Below, in pieces: positions 54,031 through 64,000 of a stretch of 64,000 nt of DNA; positions within the stretch are counted from its first letter, which is position 1; each line of letters begins with the position of its first letter. Under the pieces are notes generated by a model. That model saw nothing but the letters and a program-made list of their open reading frames with translations. It had not been told where the DNA came from and did not search any database. The stretch is from an uncultured Planctomycetota bacterium. Lineage in GTDB: Bacteria; Planctomycetota; Planctomycetia; Isosphaerales; Isosphaeraceae. The stretch is from contig CAWGMQ010000008.1 in assembly GCA_963823665.1 (NCBI GenBank), positions 1,888,001-1,952,000 of the forward strand. The letters run 5' to 3'. The position numbers and the translations under genes are program-made.

Positions 54031-54245
54031 CAGCCAAGTCACCGGAGCAACGAAGGAAACCTCGGTTAAATTTACAGCCCCCGGTGTCGACAACCGTTGG
54101 CCGCGCCGCCATCGCACGCACCACAAGGCGCGCGTCGGTGAAGTCGGATCGAAGTGGAGAAGAGTGGGTATCAACGCGCACTGGTCAGGGCCGTGTAATT
54201 GCTTCACGGCCGTTCAATCTGGACGAGCGGCAGGCCAGTTGTCCA

Positions 54246-54837
54246 TCATGCCGTCGGCACAGCGGGAGAGAGAATTGAGATAACGGTATCTCTCAAGGCC
54301 GTTGCCTGCTCCCCCTGTGCAATGAGATCCGCTATCTCTGGATCCGCCAACTGTGTGTAAAGCATGGTCACTTTGTCCAACCGACCCTTCCGCCCGAGAA
54401 GCGCAGCCAGGGTCTTGTGCGGAATCAGCAACCCCTCGTCCACAGCCGCTGGCGGAACAGGCTCCCCAAGCAGGCGCTCCAGTGCCGGAAGTGCCTCGAA
54501 GAATATCACTTCGATTTCTGGTACGAAGGCAAAGACCCCGACCTCGCGATCCCTGCCATTCATCATGCCGGGAATGAGGCTTTCAACGGCTGCGCGTGTA
54601 GAGCGCCTTCTGCTCCTCGACCATATCGTCCATGGTCGTGTCCGCATCCATCACGATGAGGACCGGACCACCTTCGTGGAAGAACAGGTTTCGAGCAACG
54701 GTGACGAGGGAAGTGCGGCCCTGGGCGGCGAAAACGCGTGCTCGTCGGGCCAAATCGGCCCCCAAGATGGCGCGGATAGCCATCGCGTCGGTCTTGCCTT
54801 CCACCACGACTAATAGGTTGGAGTCTGCCACGCTCAT
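54246..54837 (-). CDS. Stand-alone TOPRIM-like protein, frameshift near 54600
   Basis: VVVEGKTD and IVMDAD motifs. Continues as FAFVPEIEVIFF in ORF 54246..54647. ATGA overlap with the upstream gene. Confidence 0.65.
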
Positions 54838-55394
54838 ACTTCCAACTCTTCGTAGTAGGGGGAGTGGTCGGAAAGGCCGTACTTGCACAACTGGCGGTAT
54901 TTATCCTGGAGCACACCCGCAAAGTTTCGATTCTTTAGACCGCCTTCAATATCTCCCCTTGACCACAACAGGATTCGCTGAGGAGTGGCGAAATCAGCTA
55001 CGATAACGGCTGCGGTCGTAAAATGCTCTCTCGTGAAGACACATCCGAGCGTAGTATCCGGTCTTCTCATGAGCTGATTTCGCAACTTGGCGATCGCCGC
55101 GATGTCCGTGGCCTTCTCATCCTTGCATTCCAGTAGATAGATATGGTGGGGGAGATAGATAATGCCATCGATTTGCTCAAGGGGGTTCCCCGCTGGAGGT
55201 ACGTGATAGGGATACTCCACCTCCAGACCACCAAGCTCGAAAGCGCGGACCACCAGATGCTCCAGTGCTTTGCCGTCACCCCAGCCTGGGGTGTTTCCGC
55301 TCGTGACATTCTCCCAAAGGCCATACAACTCCGGCCATTCCATCGCCCTGATCCAGCCGATGTATTCGAGATCCTTCTCGCTGGGCTTGGCCAC
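54834..55394 (-). CDS. Mrr-like PD-(D/E)xK restriction endonuclease domain protein
   Basis: GKALEHLV..EQIDGII..LLECKD, FTTAA. Confidence 0.75.
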   Translation of the reverse strand: MAKPSEKDLEYIGWIRAMEWPELYGLWENVTSGNTPGWGDGKALEHLVVRAFELGGLEVEYPYHVPPAGNPLEQIDGIIYLPHHIYLLECKDEKATDIAAIAKLRNQLMRRPDTTLGCVFTREHFTTAAVIVADFATPQRILLWSRGDIEGGLKNRNFAGVLQDKYRQLCKYGLSDHSPYYEELEV

Positions 55395-55629
55395 CGCAAC
55401 CTCGCTCCCCTAGCACCCCGCCCGTCTCTATTAACGCCATGCTCTCGCGCCAGACGGGGCTGGTCAAGGGTAGTTCCGATCCTGACGGTGACCATCGGCG
55501 CCTTCCTTTCGACCTACCTGCGGGATATCCACTACGGTGGACGACGCAATCTTCCGGTCCAAAGCCAGTGCCCATGAACGCGTCGGTCTGACCGACCGAA
55601 GCGGCCTACGGTGTGCTCAGGTAATCATG

Positions 55630-55765
55630 CTACACGCCGAGAGTTTGCTCCGTCGTCGAAACCGGTGCATCGCCAATGCTCATCCTCCGCCCCTCTTGCC
55701 GCGAGCGATAAGAAAACCGTCGCAGCGGATGGAAGTGGAGTTTTTGAGACGAAGTCGCTAAACGA
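55630..55765 (-). pseudogene. Third resolvase 5' stub with upstream region
   Basis: MSIGDAPVSTTEQ. DNA TTTGCTCCGTCGTCGAAACC is shared with 16024 and similar to 53921. Confidence 0.6.
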
Positions 55766-55848
55766 CCGGTGCAGCAAAGAAAACGGCCGTTAGCCTTTAC
55801 TGCCGCCGAAATGGCCAGCCGAGTCGCCCCGGGGGTCACTCCCTCGGG

Positions 55849-58800
55849 CTTACGCACAAATTTGCGCCATTCTGGACAATCTAGTAAACCTAGATAGTTT
55901 TACGTAGTATTGTCAAAATGGGTCGTCCGGGTTAGGTTATGCCCGCCTTGCATGACGCACAGGCCGATGAGCACGCTGCTCGATCTTCACCATCGGATGG
56001 TCCTATGCAAGAATGGATTCTTAAAGAGACCGCTGGAGTCGATCTCGGCGACGAACGCCTCGACCGACGATTTCAGACTGTGCTCGACACCATGAGCCAA
56101 AAGCCGTCCCTCAAATTTCCCGCCGGCTGCAACGGCCGCGCCGAAGTAGCGGGGGCTTATCGCTTCCTGGACAACGACAAAGTCGAGAAGGATCAAATCT
56201 TCGCCCCGCACTTCAGCGCCACGTTGGAACGAATCCGCGCGCAAAAGGTCGTGTTGATTCCTCAGGACACGACCGAGCTCGACGTGACTCGGCCTCACGA
56301 GATCATGGTGGGAGCCGGACCGCTGAGCGACGAGTCGCGCGTGGGCTTCTTCGATCACGCGCTCCTTGCCTACACGCCCGAGGGCGTTCCGTTGGGGCTG
56401 GTTGCAGCGGAAATTTGGGCGCGGGACTTCGACGCCTCCGACAAGAGCGCCGACCAAAAGCGGGCCGATCGCCGCGCCAAGTCTATCGAAGAGAAGGAGA
56501 GCCATCGCTGGCTGGAGGGATATCGCGAGGCCTGCCGCATCGCGCAGGAGCGCCCGACACGCTCGTCGTCTGTCTTTCCGACAGCGAGGGGGACATCTAT
56601 GAGTGTCTCTTGGAGGGCCAAAAGGAAACAGAGGGTCCCACGGCCCAATGGATTATTCGGGCCTGTCAGGACCGCGCCTTGATCGTAGACGACGGCGCAC
56701 CTTCCGATTGCCCGACGACGCTGCGTGCCCGACTTGCGAGCACCCCCATCCTGGGTCACCTGACGGTTAACGCCCGAGAGCGCGAGCCCAAAGTGAAGGA
56801 CAGTCGCAAACGGAAACAAGCTCGAGAGGGCGCACAGCTGAACTGACCGTTCAAGCCGCTCGGGTGAAGCTGCGCGGGCCCGCTCGCCCGGGAGGTAAGC
56901 TGCCGGACATCGAAGTCAATTGCGTGCTGGTCACTGAACCCAATCCGCCCGAGGGTGCCGAGCCGATCGAATGGCTGCTGCTGACCAGTCTGCCTATCGA
57001 TACTCTCGAGCAAGTGCTCACGATCGTAATTTTATTGCCTCCTCAGCAGAATCTGTGGGTAAATTCTGGCTCAGGCAGGGCGCCAAGGCTGTGATACAAG
57101 GCGTTTTTCACTGCATCGAACGTCCGAAAACCGTACGCCTTTCTCGTCGTCAATTTCACCTTGTTGTTCAGGCCCTCTGCAATGCCTGCGGAAATCGTCC
57201 CACGGGCCTTGAACCAATTCAGGATCAATTCTTCATGGCTGCGAAGCCTTCGAGCCACTTTCTTCATTGGCTCGATCTTTGATCGCATCGTCCTGGTGCA
57301 CCACTCGTGCAGAAATCGACTCGCCCAGCCGTGATATTGGTAAGTCCAGAAACGCTGAAAATCCTCCCGCAAAAGATAGCTTCTCACGGACTTTAGGTTG
57401 TACTGCACCAGTTCGGCCAATCTCACGGTCTGCTTCTTTGTTAGGTTCTCCGGCCGCTTCAGCAGGCACCATCGCGCCCGTTTCAGGACTGGCTCGTAGC
57501 CATCTCGCTTCAGCCGGCGCGCTTCCTCGGCACGTACTTCGTCGATCGCCTTATTCATCGCTTGCATGATGTGAAAGCGGTCGAGCACGTGGATCGCGCC
57601 AGAAACCTCTTGGGCCAGCACGTTGAGGTACGGTTTCCACATATCGCTGCATAGATAGCGGATCGAGTTCTTGGTCTCGTCGGTTATGGTTTGGAAAAAG
57701 CCACGCAGGCTTTCCTCCGTCCGGTCCAACCCAATCCAGAGCAACCGCCTGAACCCAGCGTCAATCTGGTAAACCAGCGTCAGGTAATGATGGCCCCTTT
57801 GCCACTGCACTTCGTCTACAGCGATGGCCTTGATTCCGGTCATCGTCCGTCTCGCCAAGCCCCATGCGACTGCATACTCGACCGAGCGGTACACAGTTTC
57901 CCAGGTAGTATGGAATATCAAGGCGACTTCCAGCCACGAGAGCCGCTTGGCCCAACCGGCTAGAAACCATCGGTAGGCCGTAGTCACCGGGCTCTTGCCG
58001 TCACTCCACGGGACCTCTTCGACGATCACACCGCACTTCGGGCAGTCAACGCGCCTCATTGCGTAGACAAAGAACACAGCGATCTGCCAGAGCGGCACGA
58101 ACTCGAACCTTCGTACAGGTAGTTGATCATACCCGGCTCGCTTACGGTGGCACCCGGAGCAAACAGCTCGGCTGTTGCGGCGGGCTTCAATTTCTACCTC
58201 CAAGGCAAGTTGCTTTCCTTTCGAGACCAAACTTACCTTGCCGTACACGAAGGACTTTTGCGGTGCAATGCGATTGAGGATAGTCTTGAGGAGCATCGTG
58301 TGGGGCCTCTCGATTGGGATGGTCTTGGTAACCCTTCCCTAACCGACGGCCGCGCACGATGCACTACCCTACCTTCTTCAAAAAAACCTTTCTCAAGAAC
58401 GAGTCCGCGAAGAGCTATTTAAAACTGAACCATCAAATGTGAACTTCGCCTACCCCTCCCGCCTTCACCTTCGCTTCGCCCTCAACCTAGCAGGGCGGAC
58501 CGAATGTGAAGGTGGGAGGGAGAACCCTCCTGTCGAGCCCGAGCCGAGCTGCTGCATCGTTTTTCAACCCACAAATTCTGCCGAAGACCCAAATTATTAC
58601 TGTGGCCGCTGGGGGATCGAGATCTATTTCCGGATTCTCAAATCCGGGTGCAAGGTCGAGGAGTCCCAATTGCAGACGGCCGAGCGCTTCCTGCCGTATC
58701 TGGCGTTGTGCATGGTCGTGGCGTGGCGTATCCAGTATCTGGTAATGCTTGGCCGGGAATGTCCGGACCTGCCCTGTGACGTTGCTTTCGACGACGATGA

Positions 58801-59354
58801 ATGGAAGACGGTCTACGCGGCCGTCAAAAATCAACCGCCTCCCAAAAAGCCTCCCTCGCTCAAAACGATGATCGGCCTGGTGGCATCGTTGGGGGGATAC
58901 CTGGGCCGCAAGGGGGACGGGGAACCTGGACCGAAGGTTCTTTGGGTCGGCCTTCAGCGTATGACAGATCTGGTTCGCGGATGGCGAGCTTTCGCCCGGC
59001 ACGGCCAAGTCCAAGCAGAGCCGGTTCCGGCAGCCGAGCCTCCGGCAGGCCAGCCACCAGGGTGACCGTCGGTTTTGCTGCCCGCCTGACCTGCGGCTGA
59101 TCACGCCCGCGCCGGGACGGTTGTTTCCAACCAAAGGTTGAACCGCCCTCGGCGAAGTGGCCAACCCTTCCACCCCTCCCAGTAAGCCCGACGGTCTGAC
59201 ACCCCCAGCATCGCCTGGGCCGCGGCGGTTGCGCTCCCCCCACCGCCATGGCCGCGCTCCGCGTTCATAGCACCTGGTCCCATTGCGCGCCGACCTGCCT
59301 GGCTCGGGATCGTTGAAGCGGGGGCCGCGCCGGCGCCGCGCACTTGTGCGTAAC
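55849..59354 (+). mobile_element. IS4-family element (transposase 56005..59065, frameshifted), interrupted by ISL3
   Basis: Ends TTACGCACAA / TTGTGCGTAA. DLGDERLDRRF, QDTTELD, DSEGDIYE, IEWLLLTSLP, and YCGRWGIEIYFRILKSGC (YREK motif) resuming after the ISL3. Confidence 0.85.
57037..58590 (-). mobile_element. ISL3-family element with apparently intact transposase (57043..58296)
   Basis: Zn-finger Cys pairs, IAVDEV, CSDMWKPY, LDRFHI, EGLNNKVK..RKAYGFR. Imperfect IRs GCCTCCTCAGCAGAATCTGTGGGT / GGGTCTTCGGCAGAATTTGTGGGT. AT-rich imperfect target duplication. Confidence 0.9.
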
Positions 59355-59361
59355 CCCGAGG

Positions 59362-60989
59362 TGTCTTGGTTCACCGTGAAATGGAATTTCGTCCGATTGG
59401 CGTAAATGAATGGGGAACGGCATCGTGGCCTGGATGTCGCGGCATCGTGCCGCGAAGGTTTGTCGCATTGGTGCCAATCCCGGAGCTGTCGTGCTGCGAT
59501 CGAGGAGAGAGCGCAGAGCCGAGGTATGCTCGGCTCTGGCTCCGGTCTTGGCCCCTGGCTCGGCGCTCGGGGTGCTCCTCAGCAGTGCCCTATCCTCCGC
59601 CCAGGTCAACATCGTTTGTAGCTCGTCCGCGATCTTCACGCAACCTCTTGTGACCCGTGTCTAACTGTTGCTCGACGCTCGCGCGCCTCCTCCAGCTTGC
59701 GGTCACGCTCAGCGAAGATTTCTTTTTCCAGCCCGATCAACTTGTCGGCTGGGGTCAAATAACCTAACGCGCTATGCAACCGTATATTATTGTAGTGATC
59801 CACATATGATGCAATGTGACGTAGAGCCTCATCGAACGAAGACACCGCCGCTGGCCGTACGCACTCGCGTTTCAAACTGCCGTGCCAGCGCTCAAGTTTT
59901 CCGTTCGATTGCGGATAATACGGGCTCGTCCGAACGTGCGTTATGCCCGTCAGCCGGATGAATTCCTTGAAATCCCGGGCAATGAACTGCGGGCCATTGT
60001 CACTGATGATCCGTGGCTTTTCTCCTGGATGCCGCTCCAACGCCCGCTGGATGATTGTCTCGACTTCGCGCTCGGTCATGCTCTCACGAATCTCCCAGTG
60101 CACAATGTATCGGCTGCAACCGTCCAGCACGCTCGTCAGGTAGTAAAACGTCCCCGAGACGTTGATGTAAGAGATGTCCACATGCCAGTGTTCATGAGGC
60201 ACCAGTGGTTGCACGAAGCCGGTTCCCTTCTTCGACGGTGAGAACCGCCTGCGATCGAGCCGGTTCGCTTGCTTGAGCACGCGATAGACGCTCGCTGGGC
60301 TGACGGCCACCACGTCGTCGTCGAGCATCATGAAGGTCAAGCGGCGATATCCTTCGAGAGGATGGCGATCGTGAAAATCGACGATGGCTCGTTTTTCCCA
60401 GTCCTCGAGCCACCAATCGCGCGGGACCTTGCCGTTGTGCTCGTTGACTTTGCCGTAACGGTGCTTCCAGTCGTGGAACTTACTTGTGCCCAGGCCGAGC
60501 CAACTCAGGAGCTGACGAGCCGGAAGCTCCGTGCGGTCGACCCAATGCTTGACGTAGTCGACGACCTGGTCACGCGTGTCGTGGGGAACCCAGGCTCCGT
60601 TCAGAGTTCCCCAAGTTCTTTTTTTAGCTGGACGTGCTCCTGCATCAGCTCGGCGATGACCTCGTTCTTCTTGACGAGACTGGATTGGAGCCGCTCGACG
60701 AGCTTCGCTTGAAGCCGCTCTGCGCGGGGCGGACGGCCTGCTGCGCGCTCCAAAGCATGCTCGGCCTGGTCGAGTACCTGCTTAATCCAGTTGTGGATCT
60801 GGCTGGGTTGAAGGCCGAACTCATCGGCCAAGTTGGAAACAGGCTCTTTGCCACTGATATGGCGACGGACGATTTGAGCCTTTTGCGGCGCTGAGAAATG
60901 CCGGCGCGACTGTCTCATGGAACTCACCTCCGATAGGGTTAATTATAACCCAACCGGCGCGACATTCTATTTTCAGGTGAGGCAGGACA
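59362..60989 (-). mobile_element. IS3-family element (orfA 60601..60918, orfB to 59636, probable -1 frameshift at A7G)
   Basis: TG..CA ends with related IRs TGTCCTGCCTCACC / TGTCTTGGTTCACC. rve motifs WHVDISY, SDNGPQF, PQSNGKLER. AAAAAAAG lies at the end of orfA (~60618-60626). Confidence 0.9.
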
Positions 60990-61760
60990 CATTCGGTTTC
61001 TGTCTGCTGGCAGTGATAGAAAAACTCAAAGTCGTCGGCGCCACGATCAACTACGTGAATCCAGGAGGTTCCCGACGGCGGGGATCCCATTTGGATGACA
61101 AGATCACCCCAGATCTGTGATTCGCGATCGTCACGCTGCAACCGTTCGGTCCGCGTCTCCCCCTTACGAACGCGCTGACGATGATAGATCAGTTGTCCGG
61201 CCAAGCCGTGAACCCGGTCGTCTTCGGGGGAAACCATCAAACCCGAGTGAAGGTGAAAGCCTTGTCCGATACCCGAACCAACCGGCGAAAGACCTGTGAC
61301 CTGTCGGCACGGCCCGTAATCGATTTCGGTCGTGTCTGCGATGATCAATTGACGCTCACCTGCTGTCTTCTTGGTAAGCTCCCAATGGTGACTGGCGATC
61401 GCTTGAAAGGTGACGTCCTCACAATCGAAGAAATTGTATGCGGCCCTCAGATCATTCCAGGATTCGGTTTGCTGAGGAAAACTCCCGGACGGATCTGCGG
61501 CGATCTGCGTTGCCAACAGAACGAGTCGTTTGGTACGGCGTTCGTCATGAAGATCAGTGGTGGCGAATTGGGTCATGGCCCAAGTCTGCGCATCTGAAAG
61601 AAAGGTGTCCATCCGAGGCTCCGGCGGTTGAAACGCGATCCCTCCCCCCCACCTCAGCGTGTGGCTTGGCTTGATATTACCAGGTGCGAAGCGAGAAAAG
61701 CCGGGAAAAGGCCGGGGAAGCGCACCTATGACCACCAGAAAATGATGGTAAGGACAAAGG
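60990..61760 (-). mobile_element. Second IS4-family element, transposase (start 61612) truncated by IS3
   Basis: FATTDLHDERRTKRL, ADTTEIDY, GFHLHS, RESQIW, VVDRGADDFE, cut at the IS3 end. Confidence 0.8.
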
Positions 61761-62048
61761 CTCACGCCCCGAGCTTTACGATGCCGCCCCCAACGGGGGC
61801 TTGGGTCGTCGGCAATGGCGGAGCCTCCATTGCGCAGCTTGCTTGACCGATTATTGCCCGCGTTCGTTACAACCCGCACATCCGGACGCCACCTCAGAAG
61901 TTTCCGGGACCAAGCGGGGATTTTGCGCAAAAATTTTGACCGTTTTGCAGATCGTCTTGTTTAAAGAGACCTGCTCGATCGTCGGTCGTGGGCCGGCGAG
62001 GGATTTTGGGCAGGGCTTGATCATCCCGAAGACGAAGAGGATACGATC

Positions 62049-63161
62049 ATGACTTCCGCGGCGAGAATTGCTGCTAGCCAGGCGAATGGGCGGAAATCTC
62101 GAGGGCCGGTCACTCCGGAAGGGCGCGCGGTCGCAAGCATGAATGCTTTGCGCCATGGCCGGCGATCCAAGCGGATGGCCCTTATCGAGGACATTTCTTA
62201 CTCGTACGAGGAACGCCGGCGCAAGTGGATGGCCCGGCATGATGCCAGTAATGATGTCGAGGAATTCATCATGTCGCGGTGCGCCTCGATGGCATCGAAA
62301 CTCGAACGCATCGAGCGCGCGGACGCGGAAGGGTTTCGCACGCAGATTGAGAAAGCGGACGACACGGAATACGCGGAGGTGCTCGCGCTGGGGAAATGCC
62401 TCGTTTTTAATCGCTGCGGATCCATGGGAACCTATGGACTGAAACCGAGCTTTGCACTCAAGGCCAAGACTTCCTTCAGCGGGCAGCCGCTCGAGCCGGA
62501 AGAGCCGTTCGTAATTGTCGGGAAACTGGAATCTAGCGAGATGGGGACGAGGCATTTGCTGGACATTTGGGGCGGGCTGCGCGCACGACTCGAGCCGGGT
62601 AAATTCTGGCAGGCTCCCGATCGGTTCCAGGCCATCCGCCTGCTCGGGCATCAGCCGATTGACGCGCGGTTCGACGAAGCCTGCGCCGCGATCTTTTATG
62701 CCAGCGCCAAGCTCGAGCGGGGGAAGCCCGAGCCGTTCAGTGAACTGCGCAGCGATCTTGATGCCGATCAGCTTACGGAGCTGCGCAAGGACGTGGCCAA
62801 ACGGTTTCCCGAGCTGGCGGCGCTCGAGGATCGAGCCGAGTGCAGGCAGATCTTGCTCGACATCGTCGATCAGAAAGTCGAACGGCTCGAAGAGATCTTG
62901 AAAAAGCATGAAGAGAACGCGGACGCTGAGGCCGAGCGAGTGGTCGCTCAGAAGGGATTTGATACCAGCCCGCGGGGCAAGCAACTGAGTGACTACGAGT
63001 TGAAGTACGATCGGGCGTATCGCCAATCGCTCGCTGTGTACGAGAAGCTGACGGGTGAAAGGCGTGGGGCCTGGAACGGCAAGGATGAAACTTGGCGCGG
63101 AGGGCCGGCACGCCCCGAGCCGAGGGTGCCGTCGCCTTACGGCACGAAAACTGATGAGTGA
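62049..63161 (+). CDS. Hypothetical protein with N-terminal ANGRKSRGPVTPEG..NALRHG motif
   Basis: 370-aa ORF with GAGG RBS. The motif recurs in uncharacterised planctomycete proteins. Confidence 0.75.
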   Translation: MTSAARIAASQANGRKSRGPVTPEGRAVASMNALRHGRRSKRMALIEDISYSYEERRRKWMARHDASNDVEEFIMSRCASMASKLERIERADAEGFRTQIEKADDTEYAEVLALGKCLVFNRCGSMGTYGLKPSFALKAKTSFSGQPLEPEEPFVIVGKLESSEMGTRHLLDIWGGLRARLEPGKFWQAPDRFQAIRLLGHQPIDARFDEACAAIFYASAKLERGKPEPFSELRSDLDADQLTELRKDVAKRFPELAALEDRAECRQILLDIVDQKVERLEEILKKHEENADAEAERVVAQKGFDTSPRGKQLSDYELKYDRAYRQSLAVYEKLTGERRGAWNGKDETWRGGPARPEPRVPSPYGTKTDE

Positions 63162-63300
63162 CGTCTCCGACAAAAGTTCGTCGAGTTTAGTTTTCTGCGC
63201 AAGTTAATGTAAAATTTGAGTTTATGTCCATTTCTCCCTTGACTCTAGCGAGGCGCACCTCTACATTCAAGTATCCCCTGCGAAAGGAGTTGCGCCCGCC

Positions 63301-64000
63301 ATGATCCACATCGTTGACCCGCGGCAAAACCGCCTGTTCGACCCCTTCGAGGGCGTCATACCTCCCGCCGGTCAACGGATCATCAGCTCGGGCTGGCAGG
63401 GAGTCTTTCGACACGTCCTCCTCAAACTGATGCCCGTAGGTCAACTGGCCCAGCATTTCAGCCGGGAACTGGGAGCCCCCACCAAGGAACTGTACTCGAT
63501 GGCCGGCTTGGTCTTCATGACCGACTTCTTCGACTGGACCGCCCAAGAGGCCGCCGAGGCTTACATCTTCCGCAGCGACGTCCAATACGCCCTTAACTTG
63601 GAGCCCGGCGTTGAAGTGTCGTCGCGCACGGTCGAGCGTTACCAAAAGCTCTTTCGCGAGAACGAACTGGCCGCTCAGGTCTTCCACGACGTGACGATTG
63701 GACTGGCGGAAAAGCTCGAACTCGACATCTCCCGCCAGCGGCTCGACTCGACCCACGTCTTTTCTCACATGGCCAGCTTTGGTCGCACCAAGCTGATGGC
63801 CGTGGCAATCAAGCGGTTCCTGACCCAGGTGATCCGGCATGCCCCTGAGCGGTACGCCGCGTTGCCCGCGGAGTTCTGCGGGCGCTACGAACCGGCAGAA
63901 TCGCAGTTGTTCGCCGCCGCCAAGGATGCCGAGGCTCGACAGCGGTCGCGGCAGCAAGCAGCCGAGGACTTGTGCTGGATCATCGACCACTTCGCCAATT
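63301..64000 (+). mobile_element. IS1182/IS5-like DDE transposase, running off the window end (absent from the ORF track)
   Basis: My translation: MIHIVDPRQNRLFDPF..GAPTKELYSMAG..VQYALNL..RQRLDSTHVFSHMA. AAGGAG RBS. Confidence 0.75.

Noticed and set aside
55818..55850. Group II intron domain VI remnant (GCCCGAGGGAGTGACCCCCGGGCGACTCGGC on the minus strand)
   Set aside because: No domain V is adjacent. It is equally explained as a REP-like hairpin at the IS4 target.
60821..61930. 369-aa ORF as a complete transposase
   Set aside because: The IS4 frame is cut at 60990 and reads into IS3 sequence.

Overview
GC-rich bacterial DNA. The gene content (LEPRxLL export motifs, ECF sigma plus Ser/Thr kinase pairs) points to Planctomycetota, probably Isosphaeraceae-like; this is inference. 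Left to right: (1) a frameshifted Ser/Thr kinase-TPR gene; (2) a ~12 kb minus-strand operon (phosphoketolase, His-phosphatase, glgP, hypothetical, glgX, DUF2090 aldolase, HlyD, K+ channel) behind a sigma70 promoter and a short terminator-ended structured leader; (3) a group II intron with its ORF internally deleted, inserted precisely into a REP-like repeat; (4) a di-heme protein; (5) two giant exported proteins (Gly-rich, and RHS/YD with an internal papain-like domain) that share a promoter block, a ~145-aa C-terminal domain and 3' flank, next to a divergent ECF sigma plus kinase pair; (6) an ECF41 module with two back-to-back promoters and decayed ArsR/SRPBCC/DHFR genes; (7) a mobile and defence-like island from ~44 to 64 kb with a RelE-Phd toxin-antitoxin pair, IS1634, two IS4, ISL3, IS3, an IS1182-like element, repeated resolvase and integrase stubs, and two candidate anti-phage cassettes. 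No rRNA, tRNA or CRISPR array was seen. Many single-base frameshifts may be assembly errors. All family calls come from motif recognition by eye, not database searches.
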